Positions 9,927 to 23,968 are shown, numbered from the stretch's first letter. The stretch is DNA of 64,000 nucleotides from Aulosira sp. ZfuVER01 (GCA_034530615.2 JAVRCV020000003.1:10633-74632); one strand, 5' to 3'. Program-made: numbers and translations. The notes: generated by a model from the letters alone, not told the origin.

Positions 9927-10982
9927 TCAAGATTCTGGTTTAATGCGATTTAATTGCGAGAGCAAATATTGTGCCACCAAGGTGGGTTGTTCTGCTTGCA
10001 TGAGCGATCGCACTACCGCTACACGTTTTGCACCTGCATCAATCACGTCATTGATATTATTTGCATCTATGCCGCCAATTGCAAACCAGGGAATAGAGCA
10101 ATTTTTGGCAGCATAGCTGACATATTCTAAGCCTGCGGCTGGCTTACCTGCCTTTGTTGGTGTTTCATAAACTGGCCCGACACCAATATAATCAGCACCT
10201 TCCGCTATTGCTGCTTGCATTTCTTCTAAATTTGTGGTGGAACGTCCGATGAGGCGATGGGAACCGAGTAATTGTCTGGCGATGTCAATGGGCATATCTT
10301 GCTGTCCTAGATGCACGCCATCTGCATCTACCGCCAAAGCCAGATCTACACGGTCATTAATAATGAAAAGAGCGCCGTAGAGATGGCATAGCTGTCGCAG
10401 TTTTTTAGCTTGTTCTAGACGAATAGCATCATCAGCAGTTTTGTCACGGTATTGTAACAAAGTCAATCCACCTTTGAGTGTAGCTTCCACAGTTGTCAAT
10501 AGATTTTCTGACGGTGAGGTAACTAGATACAGACGCGATCGCCACAGCAGTTGATGGCGCTGATAACCCAATAAATTGCTTTCTAAGGTGTAAACTTGAT
10601 ACCGCATCTGCTTAAATGCTTTACCCATCTCAGAGTGATAAAGTTTACCGTATTCTTCTAGCACCCGCATTGCTTCTTGCACGCGACAAAAGTTAGCTTG
10701 CAACACGGCTTTGATGCTAGTGCGTTGCTCCTCTTGGGGATGTGTTAACTCCGTACCAGTATCCCCTGGTGTATCTCGTGCTGCTCTTATTTCCGCTGTA
10801 TGCCAGTTAGCTACCTCTTGTCGCAGATGCTTGCATTCCCCAGTCAACTGAGAATTATTTAACCCAAAGCGACACCATTCTTCGATAATTCGCAAACCCT
10901 CACGAGCGCGATCTAAATTAGCATCTAAAATTCGGTAGACAACTTGCTGCATCTGCTGTGTTTGGCTGTATGGATCGACCAT
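9927..10982 (-). CDS. thiE: Thiamine-phosphate synthase, cyanobacterial type with N-terminal ThiD2 domain (start may be further upstream, to 11045)
   Basis: RILDANLDRAREGLR, QYRDK, INDRVD, GVHLGQQD, GPVYETPTK motifs. Confidence 0.95.
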   Translation of the reverse strand: MVDPYSQTQQMQQVVYRILDANLDRAREGLRIIEEWCRFGLNNSQLTGECKHLRQEVANWHTAEIRAARDTPGDTGTELTHPQEEQRTSIKAVLQANFCRVQEAMRVLEEYGKLYHSEMGKAFKQMRYQVYTLESNLLGYQRHQLLWRSRLYLVTSPSENLLTTVEATLKGGLTLLQYRDKTADDAIRLEQAKKLRQLCHLYGALFIINDRVDLALAVDADGVHLGQQDMPIDIARQLLGSHRLIGRSTTNLEEMQAAIAEGADYIGVGPVYETPTKAGKPAAGLEYVSYAAKNCSIPWFAIGGIDANNINDVIDAGAKRVAVVRSLMQAEQPTLVAQYLLSQLNRIKPES

Positions 10983-11078
10983 TACAACAACCCCATTCCT
11001 GCTTTCATCAAAAGACGGAAAATCAACTACTCTAGTAATTGTCATTTATAAAATTGCTATTTTTACTAGAAATTTACT

Positions 11079-12350
11079 ATGCACTCAAAACATAAGAGTA
11101 GCAAGGATTCTATCAAATTAGCAGATATACGTGTCGGTTCAGATAAAGGTAGTTTAAGGCTACAGTTCAGCACTCGCATTAGCCAGAAGTTCTACAGCAA
11201 GCGACAAGCTTATAAAGGACTGGGGAGGAGAGACACCCCAGAAAATCTGCAATGGGCAAATCAAATCGCAGCACAGATACAAGCTGATATCGATCGCACA
11301 GATGGTAGCTCATTCGATCCAACACTCGCTAAATATCTAGAAATTAAGCAACTCACAACAATTAACCAGTTCAGCAATCCTCCACAACCACCTAAATTAG
11401 GACAATTATGGCATGAGTTTGTTGATTGGAAATTGCAAACAAAGCAGATCCAAAAAAGTACCTATAAAAAAAATTTTATTGTTTACCACAATCTAATTAA
11501 AGAATTTTTAGACTTAGAATTAAATCTTGATACTGCCAATAGCTTAATTCAGCACTTATTACTAAAGCAAAGTAACTTACAACAAATAAAAAAGCTATTT
11601 TGTTTGCTGAGTAATATGTGTCAACGGGCTATTAGTAATCAGCAATTAACGGCAGATTATTTTATAGAAATCAAAAAAACTTACAATATACCCAAAAAGT
11701 CGCAAAAAATCTCAGAATTAGAAGATTATAGAGCTTATAACATCCAAGAAAGAGATTTGATCGTTGAATCATTCCGTAATTCTGAGCAAGCCTCTATCAG
11801 ACATGGTGCTGATTTAATTGAGTTTCTGTTTCTCACTGGTTGCAGACATGGTGAAGTATTCGCTTTGAAGTGGAAAAATATCCAACTAGAGGAGGGTTGG
11901 ATATTTTTTAAAGAATCATTTGATAGTAGTGCTGGTATTACTAAAAAATCAAATAATAATACTGAAAGACTATTTAAAATTCAAGGGATGAATAGGTTAG
12001 TTAATTTATTAACAAGATTATATGCAAACGGCAAAAAGGAAAATGAATTAGTTTTTAGAACTATCGCTGGCAAGCAATATTCAAGTAATACCCTTACAGA
12101 TATCTGGACTGGCAATACTGTTGAGGTCAGAGGTAAAGTCTACCACTATCCTGGGGTAGTAAAGAAATTAGCCCAAGAGAGAAAACTAGAATATTTAAAA
12201 CCCTATTCTACACGTCACACTTTTATCAGCATTCAAGCTAATCATGGAGTTGACTTAAAACTACTTGCTAATAGCTGTGGTAATAGCGTAGAGCATATTA
12301 TTAAACATTACTTGCATTTTGATAAGAATGCCAGGTTGAAAGATATCTAA
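11079..12350 (+). CDS. Tyrosine recombinase/integrase with N-terminal arm-type DNA-binding region
   Basis: TGCRHGE (catalytic R), PYSTRHT, CGNS...IIKHY (catalytic Y); N-terminal GSLRLQF motif of cyanobacterial integrases. Confidence 0.85.
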   Translation: MHSKHKSSKDSIKLADIRVGSDKGSLRLQFSTRISQKFYSKRQAYKGLGRRDTPENLQWANQIAAQIQADIDRTDGSSFDPTLAKYLEIKQLTTINQFSNPPQPPKLGQLWHEFVDWKLQTKQIQKSTYKKNFIVYHNLIKEFLDLELNLDTANSLIQHLLLKQSNLQQIKKLFCLLSNMCQRAISNQQLTADYFIEIKKTYNIPKKSQKISELEDYRAYNIQERDLIVESFRNSEQASIRHGADLIEFLFLTGCRHGEVFALKWKNIQLEEGWIFFKESFDSSAGITKKSNNNTERLFKIQGMNRLVNLLTRLYANGKKENELVFRTIAGKQYSSNTLTDIWTGNTVEVRGKVYHYPGVVKKLAQERKLEYLKPYSTRHTFISIQANHGVDLKLLANSCGNSVEHIIKHYLHFDKNARLKDI

Positions 12351-12512
12351 GAGGATGTTTGAAAAGTCCCTAATGATGTATCAAATACTTTTAGATCCCC
12401 CTAAATCCCCCTTTTTAAGGGGGATTTTGATTCAGTTTTCCCCCTTTTTAAGGGGGGTAGGGGGGATAAATTAGTATCTAAAATCACAGCTAACCACTTT
12501 TAAAACAACCCC
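12351..12512. mobile_element. MITE, family B (TIR GAGGATGTTTGAAAAGT, TAA target duplication)
   Basis: Imperfect 17-bp TIRs; TAA at 12348-12350 and 12513-12515; internal CCCC/GGGG palindromic module. Confidence 0.75.
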
Positions 12513-12547
12513 TAAGAGGATTTATTTATTATGTATGAGAAAACCAC

Positions 12548-12590
12548 AATAAGATTCCCAACTTTTTTAAAAATTTGGGAATCTTATTTT
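12548..12590. terminator. Hairpin between convergent integrase and sbp genes
   Basis: AATAAGATTCCCAA...TTGGGAATCTTATT inverted repeat. Confidence 0.65.
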
Positions 12591-12630
12591 TCAATCAAAA
12601 ATTAATTGGGTAGTAATCTGAATCATTAAA

Positions 12631-13794
12631 TTAACGTCGCCCACTTTGGATTTTATCGAAGATTGCGCCATCATCGAAGAATTTCTTCTGGATAGAATCC
12701 CAACCTCCTAAATCTCCAACAGTATACAGCCGCGAAATCTTAGGAAACTTTTTCTGTACTTCTTTAGTTACAGTGGAGTTAACTGGCCGGAACCCAACTT
12801 TGGCAAATTCACGCTGCGCTTCTGGAGTGAACAGAAACTTGACGAAAGCTTCAGCAACTGCTCTGTTACCGTGCTTATCAACATTTTTATCCACAACTGC
12901 TACTGGCGCATCTATAGAAATGTTAGTTGAGGGAACTTCGTAAGAAGTATCTGTCTTACCTTGTTGTGCTGCTAAAATCACTTCGTTTTCGTAGTTGAGT
13001 AAGACATCTCCCTGACCTTTTTTATAAAAAGCGTCGCTGGATTCCCGTGCATCTTTAGGTAAGACAACGACATTTTTAAACACCTGGGTAACAAAGTTCC
13101 GAGCTTGGGTTTCATTACCACCATTCTTAGCGATCGCTCCCCACAAGGCAAGAAAATTCCATCTAGCACCACCTGAAGTTTTGGGGTTAGCCGTTACAAT
13201 CTTGACTCCTGGTTTGGCTAAATCAGACCAAGTCTTAATCTTTTTCGGATTACCCGCACGGGTTTCTAGAGCTACTACCGAATGAGTCACAATCGAATTA
13301 TTGGGGTTTTCCCGTTCCCAACCAGGTTGAATTAAGCCTGCTTGCTCAATTTTTTTGGTATCCAAAGCCAATGCTAAAGCTACAACATCTGCTGGTAAAC
13401 CATCAATCACAGCCCGAGTTTGTGATCCTGAACCACCATAGCTTTCCCGCACAATCACATCCTGACCTTTTTCCCGCTTCCATTTGGCTACAAACTGGGG
13501 AATGATTTTGTCATAAGCAGCCTTGGTGACAGCATAGGAAACGAGAGTGATTTCAACTTTCTTACCGTTTTGGCTTATTAATTGTGTTTTCTGATTAATA
13601 GAAGAAGTTTGAGAAGCTGTACTTGCTGCATGAACAGGAATAAGAGTACTAAACCCCAACCCTGCTGCTAGCACTAGGACAGAGGTTTTAACTGAGGGGA
13701 GCTTTATAGATGGAAATAGTTGTTGGACTGTATCTAAAACTTGCAACTTGACTACTTGATTGAATTTCGACTTTTGATATGGCTGATGAGTCAT
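12631..13794 (-). CDS. sbp: Sulfate ABC transporter substrate-binding protein (paralogue)
   Basis: SYGGSGSQTRAVIDGL, NPKTSGGARWNFLA, GDVLLNYENE motifs. Confidence 0.92.
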   Translation of the reverse strand: MTHQPYQKSKFNQVVKLQVLDTVQQLFPSIKLPSVKTSVLVLAAGLGFSTLIPVHAASTASQTSSINQKTQLISQNGKKVEITLVSYAVTKAAYDKIIPQFVAKWKREKGQDVIVRESYGGSGSQTRAVIDGLPADVVALALALDTKKIEQAGLIQPGWERENPNNSIVTHSVVALETRAGNPKKIKTWSDLAKPGVKIVTANPKTSGGARWNFLALWGAIAKNGGNETQARNFVTQVFKNVVVLPKDARESSDAFYKKGQGDVLLNYENEVILAAQQGKTDTSYEVPSTNISIDAPVAVVDKNVDKHGNRAVAEAFVKFLFTPEAQREFAKVGFRPVNSTVTKEVQKKFPKISRLYTVGDLGGWDSIQKKFFDDGAIFDKIQSGRR

Positions 13795-14214
13795 GGGATC
13801 GTTAATAGCTGGTATATCTGATTAAACATCTAAAAATCTATCGAGATATAGTAGATGCTTTTAAAAAAGAGAGTATCAGAATGAAACAACATATATCAAG
13901 GGGTTTTATCTTAAAAAATACAGTTTCTTTACCAAGAAAGGTGTGTATTTTTTTATTTGCTCAAAATTTATAAAATATGAATCAAGAGCGACAGATAACC
14001 AATATGAATCATCAGCTATTAGCCTGATACATTCCTGTTGAAATCCATGAACTGAATTATGATGATGTGATAAAAATTTGAAAATTATTTTAGTCAGAGT
14101 AGTTGGAATTGCGCATCATACTGTTAAAATCACCATATTCTCTATCGAGAATATGTCGTTTACCTCTTGCTTTTTTCTAGCAATACCTGCAATTATCTTA
14201 TATACCATGTGATA

Positions 14215-14240
14215 TACGGTATTTCCATAGAATAACCGTA
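14215..14240. promoter_or_regulatory. Palindromic putative operator upstream of sbpA
   Basis: TACGGT-ATTTCCATAGAATA-ACCGTA, 23 bp before the start codon. Confidence 0.5.
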
Positions 14241-14263
14241 GATATTGTACAGGAGAGTCTGGA

Positions 14264-15406
14264 ATGAGTCTGTGGCTGCGCCCCCTGAAGCGATCGCAAC
14301 TAAACCTTGAACGGATCGCTAAACGTTTGAGGCTAAATTCGCTTAAAGGCTTTGTATCGCTATTTTTGGCAGGGACATTATTGAGTGTATCCCTTGCAGC
14401 CTGTTCTGGTGGAAATGGTAATAATTCTGCCAGTGAAACCCCTGCTGCTAGTCCTGTTGCTGCCAACAAACAAAATGTTGAATTAACTCTTGTTTCCTTT
14501 GCTGTCACCAAAGCAGCCCATGAAGCGATTATTCCTAAATTTGTAGAAAAATGGAAGCAAGAACATAACCAAACTGTCACCTTTAAACAAAGCTATGGCG
14601 GTTCTGGTTCTCAAACTCGTGCTGTGATAGATGGTTTGGAAGCTGACGTTGTTCACTTGGCGCTGGCTGGAGATACTCAAAAGATTGAGAAAGCCGGACT
14701 AATTCAACCAGGATGGGAAAAGGAAGTTCCCAATGATGGCATTGTCTCTAAATCTGTAGCAGCATTAGTAACTCGTCCAGGCAATCCCAAAGGTATTAAG
14801 ACTTGGGCTGATTTAGCAAAAGATGGTGTAAAACTAATTACCGCTGACCCCAAAACTTCAGGGGTTGCACGTTGGAATTTCCTTGCCTTGTGGAATTCCG
14901 TGATTAAAACTGGTGGAGACGACACTAAAGCTCTTGACTTTGTAACTAAAGTCTATAAGAACGTGCCCATCTTAACTAAAGATGCCAGGGAAGCCACAGA
15001 TGCTTTCTTTAAACAAGGTCAAGGCGATGCCTTAATCAATTACGAAAACGAAATTATTCTGGCAGAGCAAAAGGGTGAGAAAGTAACTGCTGTTGTCCCT
15101 GATGTAAATATCTCCATCGATAATCCGATTGCAGTTGTAGATAAAAACGTTGACAAACACGGTACTCGTGAAGTCGCCGAAGGTTTTGTGAAATATCTGT
15201 ACACTCCAGAAGCACAGCAAGAATTTGCAAAATTAGGATTTCGATCTGTAGATGAGACAGTAGCCAATAATAAAGAAATTGCAGATAAATTCCCGAAGGT
15301 GAAAACTCTGGGCACGGTTAAAGATTTCGGTGGTTGGGATGCCATTAATAAGAAATTTTTTGCAGATGGTGCAATTTTCGATAAGATTCAAGCCCAAAAG
15401 AAATAG
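14264..15406 (+). CDS. sbpA: Sulfate ABC transporter substrate-binding lipoprotein
   Basis: Lipobox LAAC; same Sbp motifs; precedes cysT-cysW. Confidence 0.93.
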   Translation: MSLWLRPLKRSQLNLERIAKRLRLNSLKGFVSLFLAGTLLSVSLAACSGGNGNNSASETPAASPVAANKQNVELTLVSFAVTKAAHEAIIPKFVEKWKQEHNQTVTFKQSYGGSGSQTRAVIDGLEADVVHLALAGDTQKIEKAGLIQPGWEKEVPNDGIVSKSVAALVTRPGNPKGIKTWADLAKDGVKLITADPKTSGVARWNFLALWNSVIKTGGDDTKALDFVTKVYKNVPILTKDAREATDAFFKQGQGDALINYENEIILAEQKGEKVTAVVPDVNISIDNPIAVVDKNVDKHGTREVAEGFVKYLYTPEAQQEFAKLGFRSVDETVANNKEIADKFPKVKTLGTVKDFGGWDAINKKFFADGAIFDKIQAQKK

Positions 15407-15596
15407 TAATTAGTTATTAGTTATTAGTCATTTGTAATCACACAAGACAAATGACTAATGACCAATGAAAACTACTATGCATTGCATAATTTTTAGATAT
15501 CTTCAGTTATTTACACTTAGGATGATTAGACATCACAGGATACCTACCAAACTTGAGTTTTACAATTTTGAAATTTAGCTTTTGCAATTTTTGACT

Positions 15597-16466
15597 ATGA
15601 CTCTATCTCCCCCTGTAGAAATTGACCGTAAAACTCCGTTCTGGAAGACTTTCCTGGAGAAATTCCGTCAAATTCCCTGGACTTGGCGCATCACTTTGGT
15701 ATACCTAACAGTAATGTTGTTTGTCCCGATAGCGGCGATGTTTTTGAAAGCAAGTACAGAACCGCCAGCGCGATTTTGGGCGATCGCTACTAGTGATATC
15801 GCTCTAGCAACATATAATGTTACATTTGTTACTTCGTTGGCAGCGGCTCTGCTCAATGGCGTATTTGGGACTTTGATTGCTTGGGTGATGGTGCGCTATG
15901 ACTTTCCTTTAAAACGCATCATTGATGCCACCATAGATTTACCATTTGCCTTACCAACCTCGGTAGCAGGCCTAACACTAGCAACAGTATATAGTGATAA
16001 TGGCTGGATTGGTTCCCTATTAGCACCGTTAGGCATTAAGGTATCTTTCACTCGCTTGGGCGTATGGGTGGCAATGATATTTATCTCGCTACCCTTTGTT
16101 GTGCGGACAGTGCAACCTGTACTTCAGGAAATGGAACATGAAATTGAAGAAGCCGCTTGGTCTTTAGGTGCTTCTCAATGGCAAACTTTTTGGAAAGTAA
16201 TTTTACCGCCTTTATTTCCCACAATTTTGACTGGTATTGCCTTGGGTTTCTCGCGTGCAGTGGGAGAATATGGCTCTACTGTAATTATTTCTTCTAATAC
16301 ACCCTACCAAGATTTGATTGCACCCGTACTAATTTTCCAGAGACTAGAGCAGTATGACTATTCTGGTGCAACTGTGATCGGCGTAGTTTTACTGGGAATT
16401 TCCTTGGTGCTACTTCTAGCAATTAATTTCTTACAAGCGTGGTCAAGAAGATATGACAGTAAATGA
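15597..16466 (+). CDS. cysT: Sulfate ABC transporter permease CysT
   Basis: [30 protein letters not shown] motifs. Confidence 0.95.
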   Translation: MTLSPPVEIDRKTPFWKTFLEKFRQIPWTWRITLVYLTVMLFVPIAAMFLKASTEPPARFWAIATSDIALATYNVTFVTSLAAALLNGVFGTLIAWVMVRYDFPLKRIIDATIDLPFALPTSVAGLTLATVYSDNGWIGSLLAPLGIKVSFTRLGVWVAMIFISLPFVVRTVQPVLQEMEHEIEEAAWSLGASQWQTFWKVILPPLFPTILTGIALGFSRAVGEYGSTVIISSNTPYQDLIAPVLIFQRLEQYDYSGATVIGVVLLGISLVLLLAINFLQAWSRRYDSK

Positions 16467-17328
16467 GCCAAGTTTTCACTCATCTACAAATAATAAAAAT
16501 GTAGTCAAGCCGAGAAAATCTCAGAGTTGGGTTCCAACACTTTTGATTGGAATTGCGATCGCTTATTTAGCTTTAGTTCAATATATCCCAGCACTCAACG
16601 TTTTTATCCAAGCCTTCAGCAAAGGGGTTGGCCCATTCCTTTCTAACTTGAGCCGTCCAGCCTTTACCCATGCAGCTTGGCTAACACTGTTACTAGCAGT
16701 CATAGCTGTCCCGATTAATGCAGTTTTTGGATTGTGTGCAGCTTGGGCGATCGCTCGTCATAATTTCCGTGGGAAGGCTGTAGTCTTAAGTATTATTGAC
16801 CTACCCTTTTCGATCTCACCCGTAGTTGCGGGATTAATGATTGTTCTTCTCTATGGGCGAAATGGGTGGTTTGGCCCTTGGCTGCAAGCACATGATATTC
16901 AAATTATCTTTGCCTTCCCAGGTATGGTACTGGCTACGGCGTTCGTGAGTATGCCCTTTGTCGCCAGAGAAGTAATTCCTGTTTTAGAGGAGTTTGGCAA
17001 GGATCAAGAAGAAGCAGCTAGAACACTCGGCGCAAACGATTGGCAAACATTTTGGCGCGTTACCCTACCTAGTATTCGCTGGGGCTTACTCTACGGCTTA
17101 ATTCTCACCAATGCGAGAGCAATGGGCGAATTTGGCGCAGTTTCCGTAGTATCTGGCAATATTGCTGATAAAACTCAGAGCTTACCACTATTTGTGGAAG
17201 ATGCTTACAAACAGTATGAAACTGAAGCTGCATTCTCCGCCGCTGTACTATTAGCGCTGCTAGCAGTAGTCACATTGGTGTTGAAGGAGATTTTAGAACG
17301 AAAGACCCGCATTAAAGATGTGGAATAA
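16453..17328 (+). CDS. cysW: Sulfate ABC transporter permease CysW
   Basis: [28 protein letters not shown] motifs; overlaps the cysT stop. Confidence 0.95.
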   Translation: MTVNEPSFHSSTNNKNVVKPRKSQSWVPTLLIGIAIAYLALVQYIPALNVFIQAFSKGVGPFLSNLSRPAFTHAAWLTLLLAVIAVPINAVFGLCAAWAIARHNFRGKAVVLSIIDLPFSISPVVAGLMIVLLYGRNGWFGPWLQAHDIQIIFAFPGMVLATAFVSMPFVAREVIPVLEEFGKDQEEAARTLGANDWQTFWRVTLPSIRWGLLYGLILTNARAMGEFGAVSVVSGNIADKTQSLPLFVEDAYKQYETEAAFSAAVLLALLAVVTLVLKEILERKTRIKDVE

Positions 17329-17570
17329 AATGCAGTTGTTGATGGTTGGTTTGACTTGAAATTACAAAGAACAGATGCACAAATTCAAAGTGCATTGAAC
17401 CATCTGAATGATTTGCTCTGCAAGTATGGGATGACACAAACACAGCTAATTGGTAAGGTTGCTTGCTTGATGGCTGCTTTCTATTACCCCATCCTCCTCA
17501 ATGATGAGGGGGATAATTTTTTGGTTTATTTTTCTTAGAAGACCAGTTATATCATGTCTTCTTGAGGAGT

Positions 17571-18581
17571 TCATATTGAACTAGCAGTCTCCCTAACAGC
17601 TTCTCGCAGCCTTTCCACATCGCGCATCGGTGGTGCACCAAACATTCGCTTATATTCCCGGTTGAAGTGCGAAGCATCGTCATAACCCACACGGTAGGCA
17701 GCACTGGTAGCGTCAAGGTTTTCCCCCAGCAGCAGCCGACGAGCCTCCTGGAGCCGCAGTTGCTTCTGGAACTGCAAAGGACTCATTGCAGTGACAGACT
17801 TGAAGTGATGATGGAAGCCTGAGACACTCATTCCTAGCTCTCGGGCAATACTTTCAATCCGCAGCGGCTGATTAAAGTCTTTACGAAGTCGCTCAACGGC
17901 AAGAGCGATGTGGTGGGTGTAGCCACTTAGAACTGCAATATGACGGAGCCGACTACCTTGCGCTCCCATCAGGAGTCGGTAAATGATTTCCCGTGCGAGC
18001 AGTGGCATCAGAACCCGAGCTTCGCTGGGAGAGTCCAGAAGCCGAACAAGCCTGACTACAGCATCTAGCAGCGGCGCATCCAATGGACTCACATCGATCG
18101 CTTTAACATTGGCACCCCTTTGGAGTGAGGGATAGCCCGCCTCAACCATGACTGAACCGACCAGGGTAGGGTCGAGATCGAGGCGAAGACTAAGAAACGG
18201 TTGCTCCTTGGACGCTTGGAGAATTTGGCTGATAATTGGCAGTTCGACTGTAGCCAGCAGATAATGCATTGGATCGTACTGATAGCGATCGCTGCCCAGA
18301 AGAACTTCTTTGCTGCCCTGAGCAATTACACAAAAGGCAGGTACAGAGACATCATGAACGCATTCCCCAGGTGAGGAGGTGCGTTTAAAGTGCAAACCTT
18401 TGAGCGGCTCAATTGCCCCATCATGACGAATAGCCTGTGCAATCCGCTCTTTCAGTTCCTCTCTGTTGGCTTGCGTTCTGTCTGTCTCGCGCTTTGCCTG
18501 CGAGTCGTTCATTAAATCCATATCAGACTTTTCAATTGTTTTGACAGCGTTCATTTCTAAGTTTGCAGGATCGTACAACAA
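17571..18581 (-). CDS. AraC-family transcriptional regulator (YqhC-like; true start may be slightly downstream)
   Basis: AraC N-terminal domain plus HTH SPLQFQKQLRLQEAR...VGYDDASHFNREY. Confidence 0.92.
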   Translation of the reverse strand: MLYDPANLEMNAVKTIEKSDMDLMNDSQAKRETDRTQANREELKERIAQAIRHDGAIEPLKGLHFKRTSSPGECVHDVSVPAFCVIAQGSKEVLLGSDRYQYDPMHYLLATVELPIISQILQASKEQPFLSLRLDLDPTLVGSVMVEAGYPSLQRGANVKAIDVSPLDAPLLDAVVRLVRLLDSPSEARVLMPLLAREIIYRLLMGAQGSRLRHIAVLSGYTHHIALAVERLRKDFNQPLRIESIARELGMSVSGFHHHFKSVTAMSPLQFQKQLRLQEARRLLLGENLDATSAAYRVGYDDASHFNREYKRMFGAPPMRDVERLREAVRETASSI

Positions 18582-18860
18582 TCTTAGACGATTGTTCTAT
18601 TGCTTGCCTTTCAGGATTCATAGAATGAAGCTAAAGCAATGAAAAATGATTCCGGCTGCTTGTAAGCATTCTAGATTTTTATTCAAGAGAAAACTCAGCT
18701 TTGATGGGGCAAGAAATTCGTCTACTGACAACCAAAATGGCGTCAAGGCTACCTTGCTTCTTAAAAAATTCCCATCCCTACTGATAGAGGAAGCGATAAG
18801 TACTCAATCTCTACGATTGGGCTAGCCACCGAAATAGCCTCAAGTGAAGGAATTAAGCAA

Positions 18861-19271
18861 ATGGACATCAAAAGAAGTGGCTCACAGCCTTCTGCCAAAG
18901 GGCCGACCGAGTATTTTATCGGCACTGTCCGCATTGACCCCCTGTTCGAGGCACACGATCCAGCACGCACATCTGGTGCTAGTGTCACATTCGAGCTTGG
19001 TGCTAGGACAGCATGGCACACCCACCCGTTGGGACAGACCCTGATCGTGACGGTTGGCTGCGGCCTTGCACAACGCTGGGGCGGAGCGATCGAGCAAATT
19101 CGACCCGGAGACGTAATCTGGTTCGCGCCGGGTGAGAAGCATTGGCACGGTGCGACCCCAACCACAGCGATGACGCACATCGCCATTCAGGAATGGCTTG
19201 ACGGCAAGCCTGTGGGCTGGCTGGAACAGGTCAGTGATGAGCAATACCAGACATCAAACGTAAACCAATAG
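18861..19271 (+). CDS. Cupin domain protein
   Basis: [14 protein letters not shown] and PGEKHWHGA cupin motifs. Confidence 0.92.
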   Translation: MDIKRSGSQPSAKGPTEYFIGTVRIDPLFEAHDPARTSGASVTFELGARTAWHTHPLGQTLIVTVGCGLAQRWGGAIEQIRPGDVIWFAPGEKHWHGATPTTAMTHIAIQEWLDGKPVGWLEQVSDEQYQTSNVNQ

Positions 19272-19282
19272 AGCATCTATTT

Positions 19283-20332
19283 ATGTACAACACGAAAGCT
19301 TATGCCGCAGCCAGTGCAACATCACCCCTGGCCTCTACCCAAATCAAGCGGCGCGATCTAAATGAACACGACGTTCAGATCGAAATCCTCTTCTGTGGTA
19401 TCTGTCACTCCGATCTCCATTCAGTGCGGAACGAGTGGGGCGGCGCGGTCTATCCGATGGTTCCCGGTCATGAGATCGTGGGACGTGTCACGGAGGTTGG
19501 CTCGGCAGTTACGAAGTACAAACCCGGCGATCTGGCGGCGATCGGCTGTATGGTCGATTCGGATTTGACCTGCCCCCATTGCAAGGCTGGACTTGAGCAG
19601 TTTTGCCAAAATGTAATCCTCACCTACAACTCCCCAGACAAGCACCTGGGAGGAGTCACTTATGGGGGCTACTCCAATAGCATTGTTGCCGATGAACGTT
19701 TCGTTCTGCGCGTCCCAGACAATCTCGACCTGGCTGGAGTTGCACCACTCCTTTGCGCTGGGATTACAACTTATTCACCCTTGCGCCACTGGGGAGTTAC
19801 TGAGGGCAAAAAGGTTGGTGTGGTTGGTCTTGGTGGGCTGGGGCACATGGGCGTGAAGTTCGCCCATGCGTTTGGTGCTCACGTCGTTGCCTTCACCACC
19901 TCGCCTGACAAGACGGAAGACGCGCTTCGCCTCGGTGCTGATGAAGTGGTCGTCTCCCGCAATGCCGACGAAATGCAGAAGCACGCGGGCAGCTTCGATT
20001 TCATCCTTGACACCGTCTCCGCCAAGCACGACATCAATGCCTACCTCAACCTGCTCCGCCTCGATGGCAACATCACCCTGGTCGGCGCACCCGAAAAGCC
20101 CCTGGATGTTGCAGCATTTAGCCTGATTATGGCTCGCCGCAGTCTCTCCGGCTCTAGCATCGGTGGCATCCCCGAAACCCAGGAGATGCTTGACTTTTGC
20201 GGCGAACACAACATCACTGCCGATGTCGAAGTTATTCCCATCCAGAAGGTCAATGAAGCTTACGATCGCCTGCTCAAATCCGATGTAAAGTACCGCTTCG
20301 TGATTGATATGGCGTCCCTGAAATCAGAATAA
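19283..20332 (+). CDS. NAD(P)-dependent zinc alcohol dehydrogenase (cinnamyl-ADH/YahK-like)
   Basis: CGICHSD, GHEIVG, GLGGLGH, YRFVID motifs. Confidence 0.95.
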   Translation: MYNTKAYAAASATSPLASTQIKRRDLNEHDVQIEILFCGICHSDLHSVRNEWGGAVYPMVPGHEIVGRVTEVGSAVTKYKPGDLAAIGCMVDSDLTCPHCKAGLEQFCQNVILTYNSPDKHLGGVTYGGYSNSIVADERFVLRVPDNLDLAGVAPLLCAGITTYSPLRHWGVTEGKKVGVVGLGGLGHMGVKFAHAFGAHVVAFTTSPDKTEDALRLGADEVVVSRNADEMQKHAGSFDFILDTVSAKHDINAYLNLLRLDGNITLVGAPEKPLDVAAFSLIMARRSLSGSSIGGIPETQEMLDFCGEHNITADVEVIPIQKVNEAYDRLLKSDVKYRFVIDMASLKSE

Positions 20333-20405
20333 CCGAGCTTTCACCTCGGCTGATTGGCAAATCCGCTCTTGCAGAACTCAGAAGTGACTCAACAAAAAGA
20401 AGAAG

Positions 20406-21152
20406 ATGATGATTAAAGACAAAGTTGTGATTATTACCGGCGCCTCATCAGGGATTGGTGAAGCCAGTGCGAAATTGCTTGCAAGCAAAGGCGCTAAAGT
20501 CGTATTGGGCGCGCGACGCGATCGCCAATTGAAACAACTGGTTGATGAAATTCAAAAAGCTGGCGGACAAGCAGCCTATCAAGTGATGGATGTGGTTAAC
20601 CCATCTGATAACGCCCAGATCGTCAAGCTTGCCAAGGAAACATTTGGAGGTGTCGATGTTATTTTCTTGAACGCTGGCATCATGCCCACTTCTCCACTTT
20701 CTGCACTGAAAACTGATGAATGGAATCAAACGGTTGATATCAATATCAAGGGTGTACTAAATGGTATCGCTGCTGTGTTGCCAACGTTTGTTAGCCAAAA
20801 GTCTGGGCACGCGATCGCTACGTCATCGGTTGCTGGATTAAAAGCTTATCCAGGTGGTGCGATCTATGGTGGGACGAAATGGTTTGTACGCGATTTCATG
20901 GAAGTTCTACGCATGGAGTCTGCTCAAGAGGGGACTAACATTCGGACTGCGACAATTTATCCTGCTGCAATTAACACTGAGTTGTTGAATCAGATTACCC
21001 ACCAAGATGCGGCTGAAAAAATGACAAAGTTGTATCAGCAATATGGCATCTCACCCGATCGAGTAGCCAATGTTGTGGCGTTTGCGATTGACCAGCCAGA
21101 AGACACAAACGTGAACGAATTTACGATTGGCCCAACCACGCAGCCTTGGTGA
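20406..21152 (+). CDS. SDR family oxidoreductase
   Basis: TGASSGIG, NAG and YGGTK motifs. Confidence 0.93.
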   Translation: MMIKDKVVIITGASSGIGEASAKLLASKGAKVVLGARRDRQLKQLVDEIQKAGGQAAYQVMDVVNPSDNAQIVKLAKETFGGVDVIFLNAGIMPTSPLSALKTDEWNQTVDINIKGVLNGIAAVLPTFVSQKSGHAIATSSVAGLKAYPGGAIYGGTKWFVRDFMEVLRMESAQEGTNIRTATIYPAAINTELLNQITHQDAAEKMTKLYQQYGISPDRVANVVAFAIDQPEDTNVNEFTIGPTTQPW

Positions 21153-21241
21153 TGGCGGTTAGGCTAAGTGCGATCGCATCTCAATGGGATAATCATGCAA
21201 AAGCACAAACTTGACAACAGCAACGACTACCCGCAAAGGAG

Positions 21242-22937
<1,696 letters not shown>

Positions 22938-22948
22938 GGCAATATTAG

Positions 22949-23968
<1,020 letters not shown>

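Noticed and set aside
10983..11078. TPP riboswitch upstream of thiE
   Set aside because: No recognisable TPP aptamer core (e.g. CTGAGA) and too little space
17356..17538. 60-aa ORF after cysW
   Set aside because: TTG start, no recognisable motif, overlaps a terminator-like hairpin
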